Below, one piece after another: positions 34,001 to 46,437 of a stretch of DNA of 64,000 bases (its first letter is position 1; the number at the start of each line of letters is the position of its first letter). Both the position numbers and the translations under genes were made by a program. Source of the DNA: Takakia lepidozioides (taxonomy: Eukaryota > Plantae > Bryophyta); the NCBI GenBank assembly GCA_030704615.1, contig CM060732.1:52762001-52826000 (forward strand), given 5' to 3'. Under the pieces are notes generated by a model, which was given only the letters and a program-made list of their open reading frames with translations, did not search any database and was not told the origin of the DNA.

Positions 34001-37000
34001 TGTATCAGAAAATGAATACTGTCTTCAGATTGCCCACACAACGGGCAATTGCACTCTCCCTTTCCTCTCTGCTTCTGTTTGCTGTTCAAAGGTAGGCTTC
34101 CTGCCCTGAGTTTAAATTTCAGTCTAGTGCCGAGAGTGGGTAGACCCTTGAGGTCATCCAAGATGTCCTCCCCATGTCACAGACTGGAAACAAGTTCAGG
34201 GAAGTTTTCTGCCTAACTTCATTTTCATCAGACAATCTCATGGCAACAGACATGGCTGAGGACACTACAGCCTCTAAGTCAGATTTATCCAGCAGGGTCA
34301 AGACTTGCGGATCCAGGTCCAGGTCCTTGAGGATCTCTTCTACTCTCTTCTGCCAGGACTTAGCCTGTTTGACAGGGCGGTCCTGTTTCCAAGATATAGA
34401 GTCGATTAATTTAGGATATCTGGTGTTGGGCATATGTTGCAGCTGACCCCACCATCTGACCTTGAATTCATCTCGTCGGGAGCTTAAGGACGGAATGCCA
34501 AAACTCACCCCGAACAGCCACATTGGCTGTTTTGGAGCATGCTGACATACACTCCTTTAGCACCCCCACTTGAATGGATTCTAGAGACTTAGCCTGGTTG
34601 GAGTTATCAACCCATATAGCAGATCCGTACTCCAAGGCAGGTCTAATAACGCGACAAAGCATGGTTTTCTTAACCTCAGAGTTGACCCCTCTGCAGTGGA
34701 AAAATTTAGTGAGCCCCAGAGCTTTGCCCTTGCCAGTTTGAACAACTTTCCGGATATGTGCATCCCAATTACAATTGGAGGAGAGGTAAGTGTAGGACTC
34801 ACAACCCAGGTAAGTGTAGGAAGGGAGGACCGGGATCTCTTGGCTACCCCACTGCCACCCTATGCCTGCGAAGTCATCCGCAAACATAAGGGCTGGTATG
34901 GTGGTATCACCCACCCTTAACCCAAATCCCTCACTTTCCACATCCTCGAGGAGTTGATTGATGAAAACATTGAAGAGCAGAGGGGAGAGAGTACATCCTT
35001 GAGCTACACCTTGGTCTATGTCAAAGAAGTTGGACTTCTGTCCGTTAACAGTGACACAGCTTTTGGTGTGAGCATACAAGTTGTGGACAACTCTCCACAT
35101 CTTTCCCTTGATCCCACAAGACCAGAGGCAGAACCATAGGCCATCCCTCCACACTGTGTCATAAGCCTTTTTGACATCCAGGAAAAAGACATAAGTGGGT
35201 TTCCCTTCTTTTTTCCTTCCCTGGATAATCTGGCTTAGAGTGAAGATATGATCCACACAGCCCTGTTTCGCCGAAAGCCAGCTTGGCCTTCGTGGAAACA
35301 ACCTCTGGACTCCAGATCAACCTCGAGACGAGTACTTATAACTCTGCAGAATGTCTTGCCAACAGCATTGAGGAGCGTGATGCCACGGTAGTTCCCCGGT
35401 TCTTCTCTGTCACCCTTCTTGTATAGATTGACAATGACCCCCTGTCGCCAGCGAAAGGGGATCATTTCAGTCTTCCAGATAAGGTTAAAGAGGAGAGACT
35501 AGGGCCTCTATCATGGGATCGCCACGTGCTTGATAAGCTCGTTGACAATACCATCAGGTCCACCAGCTTTATATCCATTTAAATGTTCAATTGCTTCCAC
35601 AATCTCAGAAGAACTAATGGGAGCATTATAAGCCATTGAAATATACTCCAGTTCATCAGGGCTTTTTGAATCATAGGAACAGTTTTTCCAACTGTGTCCC
35701 TCCATTCAGCAGAAGACCCTCACTGTTAGACCTAGAAGTTCTGCCAAGGATACTGTAGTGAGTTTCAAAGGTTTTGACAATGTCAACCAATGAAGTCACC
35801 ACTGCACCTTTAGTAGTCTTCAGCGCTTGTACTTGCTGACCGTTTTTCGGTTTGTACAAACGTTGAAGGGCCAACCAGAATTTCTTGTCATTACCACCAT
35901 GGTGGTTTGAGTTTATTTCACTGTATAACTTGTCCCAGTATAATTTCTTCTGAGACCTAACAAGCTGATTGATATCTTTACGGAGCTGGTAGTACCTCGC
36001 CCACAATTCTCTGTTGGTTTCCAAATTGCAGCACTCTTTATAGAGGGCTCGTCTCTCAGCTATCTTGAGTTTAATCTCATTAGTCCACCGATTAACTGCT
36101 CTACCGCAGACAATTAGTTTCAATTCAATCTCAAAGAAGTTCGTCCTGGCCGGTCTTAGACATTGGTGATTCCCAATGATCTTGTCAGCCACGAGGAAAC
36201 GAAACTCTCCCAAGAGTCCACTGCTCTTTCGACTTCATTTCTTGCGTTAACAGAGCGTGACTGAAAGTTCTTGGAGCGATTGGACAAAATGAGGGAGAGC
36301 CTCTTGCAAGGCCTGGACGTACTCAGCCTTGACCTCCTCATTGTGGAATTTTTCTATGCACCACTTCCGAATCGAACGTTTCACAGATCTCTTGGTGGTG
36401 GGAAAACACCTTTTGATCTCAGTCCAAACCAGGAAGTGGTCAGAGGTACCAATATCAGTTCTGTCGATCAACACATTGGCACACTGGGGGAACAAAATTT
36501 TGTCCATTATGATATAGTCCACAATGGAACGTTCCCCAGTTTGGGGTTTTCTCACGTCCACTGCACTTGGTCACCTCTTGTCCTGTTATTCAAGGTCAAA
36601 AAGCTCTTCTAGACAGTTAATTAACACATTAGAATTCACTCGTCACCAAAAGGTCCAATGATATCGTCCTGATGGATCCTTTGCCCACCCGGGCATTGAA
36701 GTCCAATAGTACCACCTGACCTTTGGCAAGGAACGAAGCACAGTCCAGCTTTACATCTTCGAAGGCCTTGTCTGCGTCAGCACTAAGGGTCCCTCTGTGG
36801 GCATGTAAACACAACCAACAAAGAGGTCCTTTGTACTCATGCCGCCCTTCAAATTCAGTTTTTGCCAGATACTATGCTCGTACCTCAAACCCTTGTTGAT
36901 AATTTCACAATTATCAAACAAGAAATCACGGACAAAGAATCCAACCCCTTTTTGACCGCGTTTGGCAGGGCTGCCTTGAGAGTACACATCTTACCTGCCC

Positions 37001-40000
37001 ATTTATAACCAATGACATCTCCAACCAGTTTATCCGACGTTTCCCATGTTTCTTGCCCAGCACAGATATGAATATCATTAGTCCGAAGAACTTGTCCCAC
37101 TTCAAGTTGTTTCCTTTGGTTGGTCAACCTGAGAAGTTGAAAGTGGCCAGCCGCAAGCCAGCCCTTTGCGTGTGAATTGTTTGTCGTCTAGGTAGCTTGT
37201 GATTGCTCCTGGACGCCAACCGTTCTGTAAAGGGGGGACAGTTACCCCATGTGTAGATTTTGCTCGTCTGTGTAAACTTTGAGAATTGGTAAACATTCAG
37301 GGTACCAAATCTTTCAGTTACACGACGCACAGGCTCCGCACACATAGGGGCAGATTGTCCGTCAGACTGCTTGGGGACAATTACCCCCGTGTATAGATTT
37401 TGCTCGTCTTGTGTAGACTTTGAGGATTGGTAAACCATTTAGAGTACCAAATCCTTCAGTTACACGACGTTCAGGCTCTGCACACTTAGGGACAGATTGT
37501 CCATCTGACGGCTTGGGGACAATTACCCCATGTATAGAATTTGTTCGTCTTGTGTAAACCTTGAGGATTGGTAAACCATTCAGAGTACCAAATCCTTCAG
37601 ATTCAGGACGTTCAGGTTCGTACACTTAGGGGCATCTTGTCCTTCTGGCTGTTTGGATTCAACCTCATCCAGAGCATCAAACCGATTAGAAACTCTCAAG
37701 TTGAAGTTGTTGCCCTTGGTTGTCTTCCTAGAGCGCCCTCTATTAAGAGCACTTTTGGTCATTGCAACCTTCAACGTACCCCTGTTATCAAGTCTTGAGA
37801 TGGTACCATTAGCCATGAAATCCAAGCCTAAGCTAGAGCATGTAGTTTTAAAGGACACATCGTCCATCCTGGGATTCACCCCAAAAACTACACATGAAGC
37901 CCTAGATTTGGCATAAGTAACCAATTCCCAGGGATCACCCTGAGGAGTGTTGATGTTGATAGGAGCTAAATTTTTGATTGTGTTCACAGGCCATAAGTTT
38001 AAGCACAGGAACCAACCCGAGCCCAAGTGCCGAGTATGCTAGACAGAGCATACGACTGCCCAATTTGGGCGGAGGGGCTGCCCCAAGCGGTAGGAGTCCG
38101 CTTGTTACCATTCAGAGATCACACTCCAGGGTTGCAGGGAATGGCCCGTGTAGGCATATTCTAAAGAGGGAAAGGCCCCAAGCTTTCCAACTAAATCCAA
38201 TGCACTACCTTACCTGAAGGCAAGCGCTTCAGGTCGAAACAAACAAGGACACGAGGTCACAAGGCCGGCATTTAGTCACAGAAACATTAATGTACTCCCG
38301 TTTCAAGTCCACCCAATGTCAATAGGCTTCCAAGAGGACAGGGAGAGAAATGGAGAGAGAGAGAGAGAGAGAATGTACTCATAAGACATTGTTTGCCGTA
38401 GCCTTGTGGCCATTGACCCTGCCCCCAGTTTGAGCGGAACCCAAAGGGACAGAACCTACCTTTGTCAGGGGCTGACGTCGGTAGTAAGACTTACCTTGAA
38501 ATAAACAATTGATCCGGGTTTTCCAGATATCCTCTAGAAATCCCTTCACACAAGCAGAGAGAGAGAGAGAGAGTATGCATAAGACGTCGTTTGCTGTAGC
38601 CTTGTGGCAATAGACCCCGTGCACTCGACTAGAGGGAGTCCGAAGAAAATGCACTAAAATGGATAAAAAGTGTGTGGAGCACTGAAGGATGGTCAGTTGA
38701 ATACGGAGTTCCTATGCCCAGTTGCCAAAAAACTACACTTGAGAGGAGAAGGCAATACAGCAGAGAAAGACCTTGAATGCCGAGAAAAGAAGAACGCCTG
38801 CAAATACTAAGTTGACTGCTTCAAATTCCTGCATATAAAGCAACAGAGCATGGGCCAATCAGTCAAAATGTGCTACTTCATGAAAAGTCTGCTATACCCT
38901 AGAGTTTTAAGCTGTTCATTGATTTCAAATGTAAATAAAAAGTCCGCTAATATTTCACCTGAAACAATCAAATACACTCACAAAGGGTAACTCCTGGTTC
39001 CTATGCACCACTAAGACTCCCCTAGTTTTCAACCTCTTGTCCCTATAACCACCAGTCTCATGACAGTTAGTCCTATGATGTGCTTTGGCAGGCGTCCACA
39101 TTTGTATTTTTTATGTTCGTATCGTGTGTTTCCCAGCTACTGTGTCTGCAGCAAATCCCTGTTACTGCATCTAATATGTACTCAGTTCTCTCTGATAAAT
39201 ACCTACCTGAAGTGTAGCGGCACCAAGTGTAATCATCAAAGCTCGAAAAACAACAGCCCCAGCAATTCCATATGTAAGTACCCGACTCTGCAATAAAATA
39301 TCTAACAAGGTAAGCATGCAGACGAAATACATGGAATGAGGAAAGGCTGCTGCCTAGAACTGCAGGAGAAGTTCCTCTGGCACTCTGAATCTGTCCCAAT
39401 TATAACAAGCAGCAGTTGGGCATGGGAACACCGATCATTGCCTTGTAACTAGCATTTGTGGCACTGCACTGGAATAAAGGACACCTCATGCACATTTTAA
39501 CTACAATTGAAAAACGAATTAGGTGGACTGACAAGGTCCAGACCACCTGAGGTGATGAGATAACTCTGATACTGATATGGAAGCTCTACCAGAGCTCCGA
39601 TAAAAACTACTATACCCTACAGTACTACATAAACAAAGGTGAAGAAACCTGGACTTAAATGTGAATGTTAAGAAGGGCTTTGACCGCTTCATACCCAAAT
39701 CTCAGATCAAATGGATGACGAGACTTGGATGCAAATAAGCATTTACTTCAAAACCTAAGGTTCACTGGGAATAAAGATTGGACCTGGTAGTTCACCGGCA
39801 CTTGAAAGTAATTGAAAATCAGAACAAACACAAAAAGATTGTCTACTGACAGGCTTTGCTCCAAAAGGTACCTGCACTTCCATAATGCACAAGATACATC
39901 AGCGACTAGCACAGGAGAGAAGGGACAAAGAGAGCAATGGTGATAACCTGTTAGGCTGCAGTGAGTGTGTTCGACAACTCTGTCTGGGTTGGCATTTCTT

Positions 40001-42202
40001 GGCTGACCAAGGTTGGGATCGAGATTTTGTCTTATGAAGTTCACTTTGGGAAGTTCACTTTGGGATGTTCACTTTTTTTCATTCAAGAAAAAAGAGAGAG
40101 ACAAGACATCTGCTCAAGTGGGAGTGTGAAAGAGATTACGTGGCAAACAGATGAAGAAACAAGATGAAACCTAGTGAGTCTTCAGACATACCCGGCAAAG
40201 AACTCGGAGGCCTTGCCACTACCCTCCTTTAAGAACACCAGTGATCCAAAGACTGCTGCAGCGCTGACCTGCACATTGCTATACAGTGCGTCACTAACAA
40301 CATCCATCCCAAGATCCCAGCAATGCTTACACCACTTCATTACTACCAAGTAAACTGTAACCTGACCAAGGCTTGCTCCAACAATATCTCTGAATGTTGT
40401 AGCAACTTATTGGCTAGACAAAGGATTTACAGTAAATTCCTGCTTGACAGCATTAACCAGAGAGAATGTACTCATACGACGTTGTTTGTCATAGACCGTT
40501 GCCGCTGACCAGAGAGACTTGAGACATGATAGAGACAAAGACCATTCTAATCTAGGTCTCTGTGATGTGATTGCTGGTGGCTAATGACACTCCTTACATG
40601 AGCAAAGAAGGCCATTCTGCTGTATGTCCTTGAAAACCAGGTTATGGTCAAAACAGTTTCTACTTTAGAATCAAAATGGGTATAAAGAGAGAGATTGTAC
40701 TCACGTTGTTTGCCGTAGCCTTGTGGCCATTGACCCCGCGCCCAGTTTGAGCGGAAACAAAAGGGACAGAACCTACCTCTGTCAGGGGCTGACGTTGGTA
40801 GTAAGACTTACCTTCATATATAGAATTAATCCGGATTTTCCAGATATCCTCTAGAAATCCCTTCACACAAGCATTAATCTGCTGTGTGTGATTTGCCCAA
40901 AAACTAGGCCTCAGGAGGGCCTGGGCTTTTGGCTCAGACTTTCAAAGTTGGTAAACAGAGGTACAGGCACAATTCCCTTGATAGATTTGAAGAGAGAGTC
41001 TCTTTGGGGAGAGAACCCCGAACAGTGTATCAGAAAATGAATACTGTCTTCAGGTTGCCCACACAACGGGCAATTGCACTCTCCCTTTCCTCTCTGCTTC
41101 TGTTTGCTGTTCAAAGGTAGGCTTCCTGCCCTGAGTTTAAATTTCAGTCTAGTGCCGAGAGTGGGTAGACCCTTGAGGTCATCCAAGATGTCCTCCCCCA
41201 TGTCACTGACTGGAAACAAGTTCAGGGAAGTTTTCTGCCTAACTTCATTTTCATCAGACAAGCTCATGGCAACAGACTTGGCTTTGGACACTACAGCCTC
41301 TAAGTCAGATTTATCCAGCAGGGTCAAGACTTGCGGTTCCAGGTCCAGTTCCTTGAGAATCTCTTTTACTCTCTTCTGCCAGGACTTGGCCTGTTTGACA
41401 GGGCAGTCCTGTTTCCAAGATATAGAGTCGATTAACTTAGGATATCTGGTGTTGGACATATGTTGCAGCTGACCCCACCATCTGACCTTGAATTCATCTC
41501 GTCGGGAGCTTAAGGACGGAATGCCAAACTCACCCCGAACAGCCACATTGGCTGTTTTGGAGCATGCTGACATACACTCCTTAAGCACCCCCACTTGAAT
41601 GGATTCTAGAGACTTAGCCTGGTTGGAGTTATCAACCCATATTGCAGATCCGTACTCCAAGGCAGGTCTAATAACGCGACAAAGCATGGTTTTCTTAGCC
41701 TCAGAGTTGACCCTCTGCAGTGGAAAAATTTAGTGAGCCCCAGAGCTTTGCCCTTGCCAGTTTGAACAACTTTCCGGATATGTGCATCCCAATTACAATT
41801 GGAGGAAAACTCAACCCAGGTAAGTGTAGGAAGGGAGGACCGGGATCTCTTGGCTACCCCACTGCCACTTAAGATCACTTCCTCCCTCTCCTCTGTCGTT
41901 GAATGCTACCACTGCACATTTGCTGACATTAGCCTCTAGCCCCCAAAGATCAAAGTATCTCTTCGCGCAATCAATCAACTCCTGGAGATTGGTTGGAGTC
42001 TCTCCTATGCCTGCGAAGTCATCCGCAAACATAAGGGCTGGTATGGTGGTATCACCCACCCTTAACCCAAATCCCTCACTTTCCACATCATCGAGGAGTT
42101 GATTGATGAAAATGGAAAATGAAGAGAGAGATTGTACTCATAAGACATTGTTTGCTGTAGCCTTGTGGCCATTGACCCCGCGCCCAGTTTGAGCGGGAAA
42201 AT

Positions 42203-42241
<39 letters not shown>

Positions 42242-44876
42242 TTATACTCCTTGACTGCTCCTGCAAACATTGGCTACCATCCCCGAGGGTCACTAACCAT
42301 GTGCCCCACCAGGGTAGAGAGTATGTTGCATCCCAGCACTGCTACTTTTAGCCCTCTAGCTGAAAAACAGATGTAACAGATATCATGGTTTCCTGCCGAT
42401 CACACTGTCAAGGAAAAGGAGAGGGAGAGAGGGAGAGTAAGAGAACTGCCAATGCAAGCAAAACAAAATGAAAACTCCACCAAACTTAAGGCCGCACTTG
42501 GGAAACAATGAGTTGAAGAAAAGGGATGGTTATACTCACCCAGAACACAACTGTCTTGACAGCCACGTTTTGGTCCACTAGAGGTTCCTCATCGGGCAAA
42601 GATATCTCCATCTCCCCAACTGATGAGACTGTCTGGGCAGCTACCTCAATGGTTTCAGCCACAACCTCTACGGTGGTTTGTGCCACCTCGCCAACAGCTT
42701 CCACACTGGTTGTTGCTACCTTTTCAGCAACTTCTACCACCACATGTAGCTTTTCATCTAGCCTCGGCAGAATACTTTCCACCGGTCCTCCAGGAGCAGC
42801 ATGACCATTTGCACCATTGATGGTGTTTTCTGTAGGATTGTGCATTAAGTTTCCCCTGCCAAGACGTCTGTTGCCATCTTCCATTGGCCTTTCCTCTTCT
42901 GTTGACACTGTTAAAACAGTAATCACAGTAACATATTACTCTGGGGACTAACAACAAACCGCTCTCAGGCTTGAGCAGAGTCTACACATTCAACGCACTT
43001 GAACCAAGAGTTTCTGCAAAGACATGCAATCCAGGCAATTAACAGGTACCGTTGAGGCCAGCAAAAGTTTCTGACAATTCCAGTAACTTGTTAAGCACAC
43101 TGGATTGAAATATTCTGACCCTATCTTAGGATCCCCCAGGACAGGGTTAGCAGCACATTGTCAAAGGAGCAAGATTTGATGTCAGCACTGTACAGTGCCA
43201 GATTCTGAGTAACGATCATGGTGCAAAAAATATTATCAGCCCTAACATAAGGCTCTTTTAATTCTGACACAGTAGCACATACCTGGTGTCCTCATCTCAT
43301 CACCGGGGGAATCTCTTGCACAGAAAATCTGGAAACCCTTGTTGAGGCCCCCAGGTCTAGACCAGCCTGGAAAACGATCACAGCCCATGAAATTTGCTTC
43401 AATCATAAAGGGGAGAATAGACTTGACACTACTACAGCCTACAGTACACTAAGTTCATCCAACTTTATCTTGACACAAAACAAACAAATAAGTATTTCTA
43501 GTGCCACAGCTACCCCTCATAAGAACCATGCAAATGTACCTTCAAACACTGGCTGTCCTTTGGAGAAGGAAATACATGAACTGCATTCAATTGAAATATC
43601 TCTGAAGGAAACTGAACCGTCCTGCACATATCCAACTTGCCTTGAGAATATTGTTTAAAATACCCTCCAGTAACCCTTCTCCACATGTAGAAAACCTTTG
43701 CAGACTAGCTACCTTGGCTGGAGCATTTTATCTAACCCCAAAGTTAAAACAAGAGCTCTAGTGATGTGACTTGCCCTGTTCATATAGGTCTAGCCAAGTC
43801 TGGCAGGTAATATTGCTACTCTGGAACCAAGAAAGAATCTTCTCTCACAGATCACAAGTTCACATCTAGTAGGCCTCAACCTTCCACACTGCCAAAGGTG
43901 GCTGAATGCTAGATGAAGATAGTGAGACACTCACCCTGCCCAAATCCAGACCTCCAAATTATCCACCCGTTTTGATCATTTCACCAAAATTCAAACTAAA
44001 GCATCTGTTGCAGGCTAGTGTACGCTGTAGGATGTCCAGGACGATAGAAAGTTACTCCCATGCACCACTTCGGGCAACATGTGACCAAATTTTGCTGCAA
44101 CGGGAACCGAATTCCATAATGTCGGGATGACCTTAAATCTTTGAAGTAAATGACACAAAACACTTCTTCTCCGTCTGGCTGTTCCTAACAAGCAGGTATG
44201 ATCCCCAACAATGGTTTGCTAGCGCAAATAAACGATATTCGAAAAGGTTCATTACTTAAGCAGATTCATCTCTGGACGGTGCACAACTGTAGCTGGACAC
44301 CCTAAGCCTTCATGCTCCGCAAATTAATGCAAGGTTTGCGGAAACCTGTTTCAAACTGCTTCCTTTCCACTGACAAGACCCCCAGCCAGCTCAGGAAAAT
44401 TTGTCCACTAGGTGGCTAATCTTTGCAAGGAGCGAAAGTTGACACCTACCAAGCCTAACTTTCTTATCACCAACAAACATTCTCTGGACAACAGGTTTTG
44501 CTACCAATGCCTGAAGGTGGCTTCCATCCACAGTGAAGGAGGTCCTGAAAAGCTATACGATTAATCACACCATATTGGGACACACACATCGTCCGAACCA
44601 CGAGAGGATCTAATCCACAACAATTTCCGACATCCATCAACTTTTTTCAACGCATTTACCGCAACCGTGCGACGATTATCACACCGGAATCTGCAGAAGC
44701 CGACCCTTGAAAATCACCCTGAATTTGCAGCTCCTTACCGATTTGTGAGAGTGAATGACACTTTGAATGTCTTCAATGCGTCTGCTACCGCCGAAACATT
44801 GACTTTGCCTGCGCCAATCTACGTGCTTGGTATTCAGTAATGTCCTTAGAGCAGGACTCCAAATGGATGCAGCCAT
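31044..44876 (-). CDS. TERC: Thylakoid membrane protein TerC (chloroplast)
   Basis: 15 GT-AG exons with consistent phase: 44876-44685, 44510-44450, 43366-43283, 42907-42540, 40268-40192, 39871-39784, 39287-39207, 38828-38772, 32940-32856, 32578-32529, 32302-32246, 32086-32008, 31678-31620, 31402-31345, 31150-31044. Motifs [58 protein letters not shown]. Confidence 0.93.
33095..33640 (-). mobile_element. Older degenerate fragments of the intronic LINE family, split by (GA)n at about 33391-33405
   Basis: Diverged matches to ORF2 C-terminus ([23 protein letters not shown]) and to the RT C-terminal region. Confidence 0.75.
33658..38340 (-). mobile_element. Near full-length APE-type non-LTR retrotransposon (RTE/RTEX-like), frameshifted, in TerC intron 8
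   Basis: APE (RLATFNF...AGQETW...[10 protein letters not shown]); RT ([47 protein letters not shown]); C-terminal CPLCG...HFLIHC; stop codon about 7 nt before the (TC)n tail; ORF1-like remnant 38026-37580. Clade assignment is inference. Confidence 0.88.
37230..37640 (+). repeat. Three tandem units of about 141 bp between the ORF1-like region and ORF2 of the LINE
   Basis: ggggacaattacccc...ggtaaaccattcagagtaccaaatc...cagattgtcc starting at about 37233, 37373 and 37515. Confidence 0.88.
38371..38622 (-). mobile_element. Two stacked 3'-end fragments of the same LINE (about 185 bp and about 50 bp), each with a (TC)n tail
   Basis: (ga)n-atgtactcataagacattgtttgccgtagcc... at 38371-38555 and (ga)n-gtatgcataagacgtcgtttgctgtagcc... 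at 38572-38622. Confidence 0.88.
40690..42108 (-). mobile_element. 5'-truncated 1.4-kb copy of the same LINE in TerC intron 4
   Basis: Highly similar to 33658-34965; retains about 140 bp of RT that is missing from the long copy at about 34860. Confidence 0.92.
42131..42239 (-). mobile_element. About 70-bp LINE 3'-end fragment followed by a (GA)n microsatellite
   Basis: attgtactcataagacattg...gagcgggaa, flanked on both sides by ggaaaatgaagagagaga. Confidence 0.85.
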
Positions 44877-45098
44877 CTGAACAACCGAGACGCTCGCTCC
44901 TCAATGCGACAGCACCTCAATTACAGCTACCAGAATCCGATTCCTCTTCTCAGCTCCCTTCGCTCTCCCTCCCTTTCTCTCTCTCCCGTCTGCTTTCAGG
45001 TTGTCATGAAGCTCGTCTCCCGCACAATTCCTCGGACATCGAAACACACTTCAAAACACCCCCTGTAAAAACAACAACACTACAGTACCAGTGTGTGG

Positions 45099-45137
<39 letters not shown>

Positions 45138-46437
45138 CCACAGATCTCCACCTGTGCACACATCTACCGCTTCCTCGATCCAACGGCTTCGTCTTGTCCC
45201 TACCGTAGTGACTCACTAATCCGTAATAAACTTACTAACCGCACCACTAAACCAAGCTTAGCGAGGGGTTTAGTGGATGTCAACGGAAACGGGTTTTCAT
45301 CCACGTGCGCAGATCCACATCCATCCCTCGACCCACCACGTGGAGTGCGACGATACTACCGTCACAAAATAGTAACACCGAAGTTCGAACGAACTGACAT
45401 CCATCCACAATGTGTGGAATGGACGTTGACTTTCGAGGGTTCACCCACTGAAACATCCGGTGCTCAGATTCCGTCACACCTATGCCCTATTCTCTACGAC
45501 AGTTCCACTAAATTGATACGTAGAATAATTAATCCACAGATCCTCCAGAAAATATTTGAAATCGTCGCAGAATTTTCTGAAACCCGTTGGGCGGCAGAGA
45601 CAGCCCTATAAATTTCTATATATTTTTATTCTATTTATTATTGTTGTAATAATGTGGACACCGCCTATGGGGTAGTCACCGGTTGACTAGGTACCCATAA
45701 CCGTGTCATGGATCTGGACTTGGTTATGTCATCTAGTAACTAAGCTTCGTCATGTTTACTGCAAAACAGGAAATTGTGGATGGATGACGCCACTTCGGGA
45801 CCTTGTTCATCCATACAGAAAGGACTAACGTCCAAGAGGCATGGCTTGGGTTGGATGATCATCCATCGCCTCGGGAGTTGGTTAGCATAATGGAGGTGAA
45901 AACGTGTGGCACGTGCGAGTTAAAAGATGACCGCGCGCGGTTGGTGCAGGCACTGCGTGGGTTGGTGCGGGCACTGCGTGGGTTGGGGTTAGTCAGTCCT
46001 CGGGCAGTCTCCCGAACGGGTAGACGAAACATTCTCAGCGGGCAGCGCGGCAAGCGTAGAGTCTGTATAGAGAGAGACAGAAGAGAGAAAACTGCGAGAG
46101 ACATACTTAGACAGAGAAGAGATAGAGGGAGGGACGAGGGATCGATGGAGAGTAAGTAGAGTGCCTGCGCTGTGGTGTTGATGAGGTGTTTAGGTTGAGG
46201 AGATGATTGCAGGGAGGGGGTGAGGGAGAATGTGAAGTGGGAGGAGGACTGGGGGCGATGGTATGAGGAAGCGCAGGCCGAGGTGCGGGAGCGGTGGCAG
46301 AGCATTGCACATGCGTCGGGTAGGCCTGCCAGCGTTGTGCTTCGAGGCGTTGGGGATTAAGTTCAGAGAGGAGGAGGTGATTTGAAGAAGGTGGACGGCC
46401 AGATTGCCGAGGAGGCGGGAGAAGGCAGCTGCCCGCC

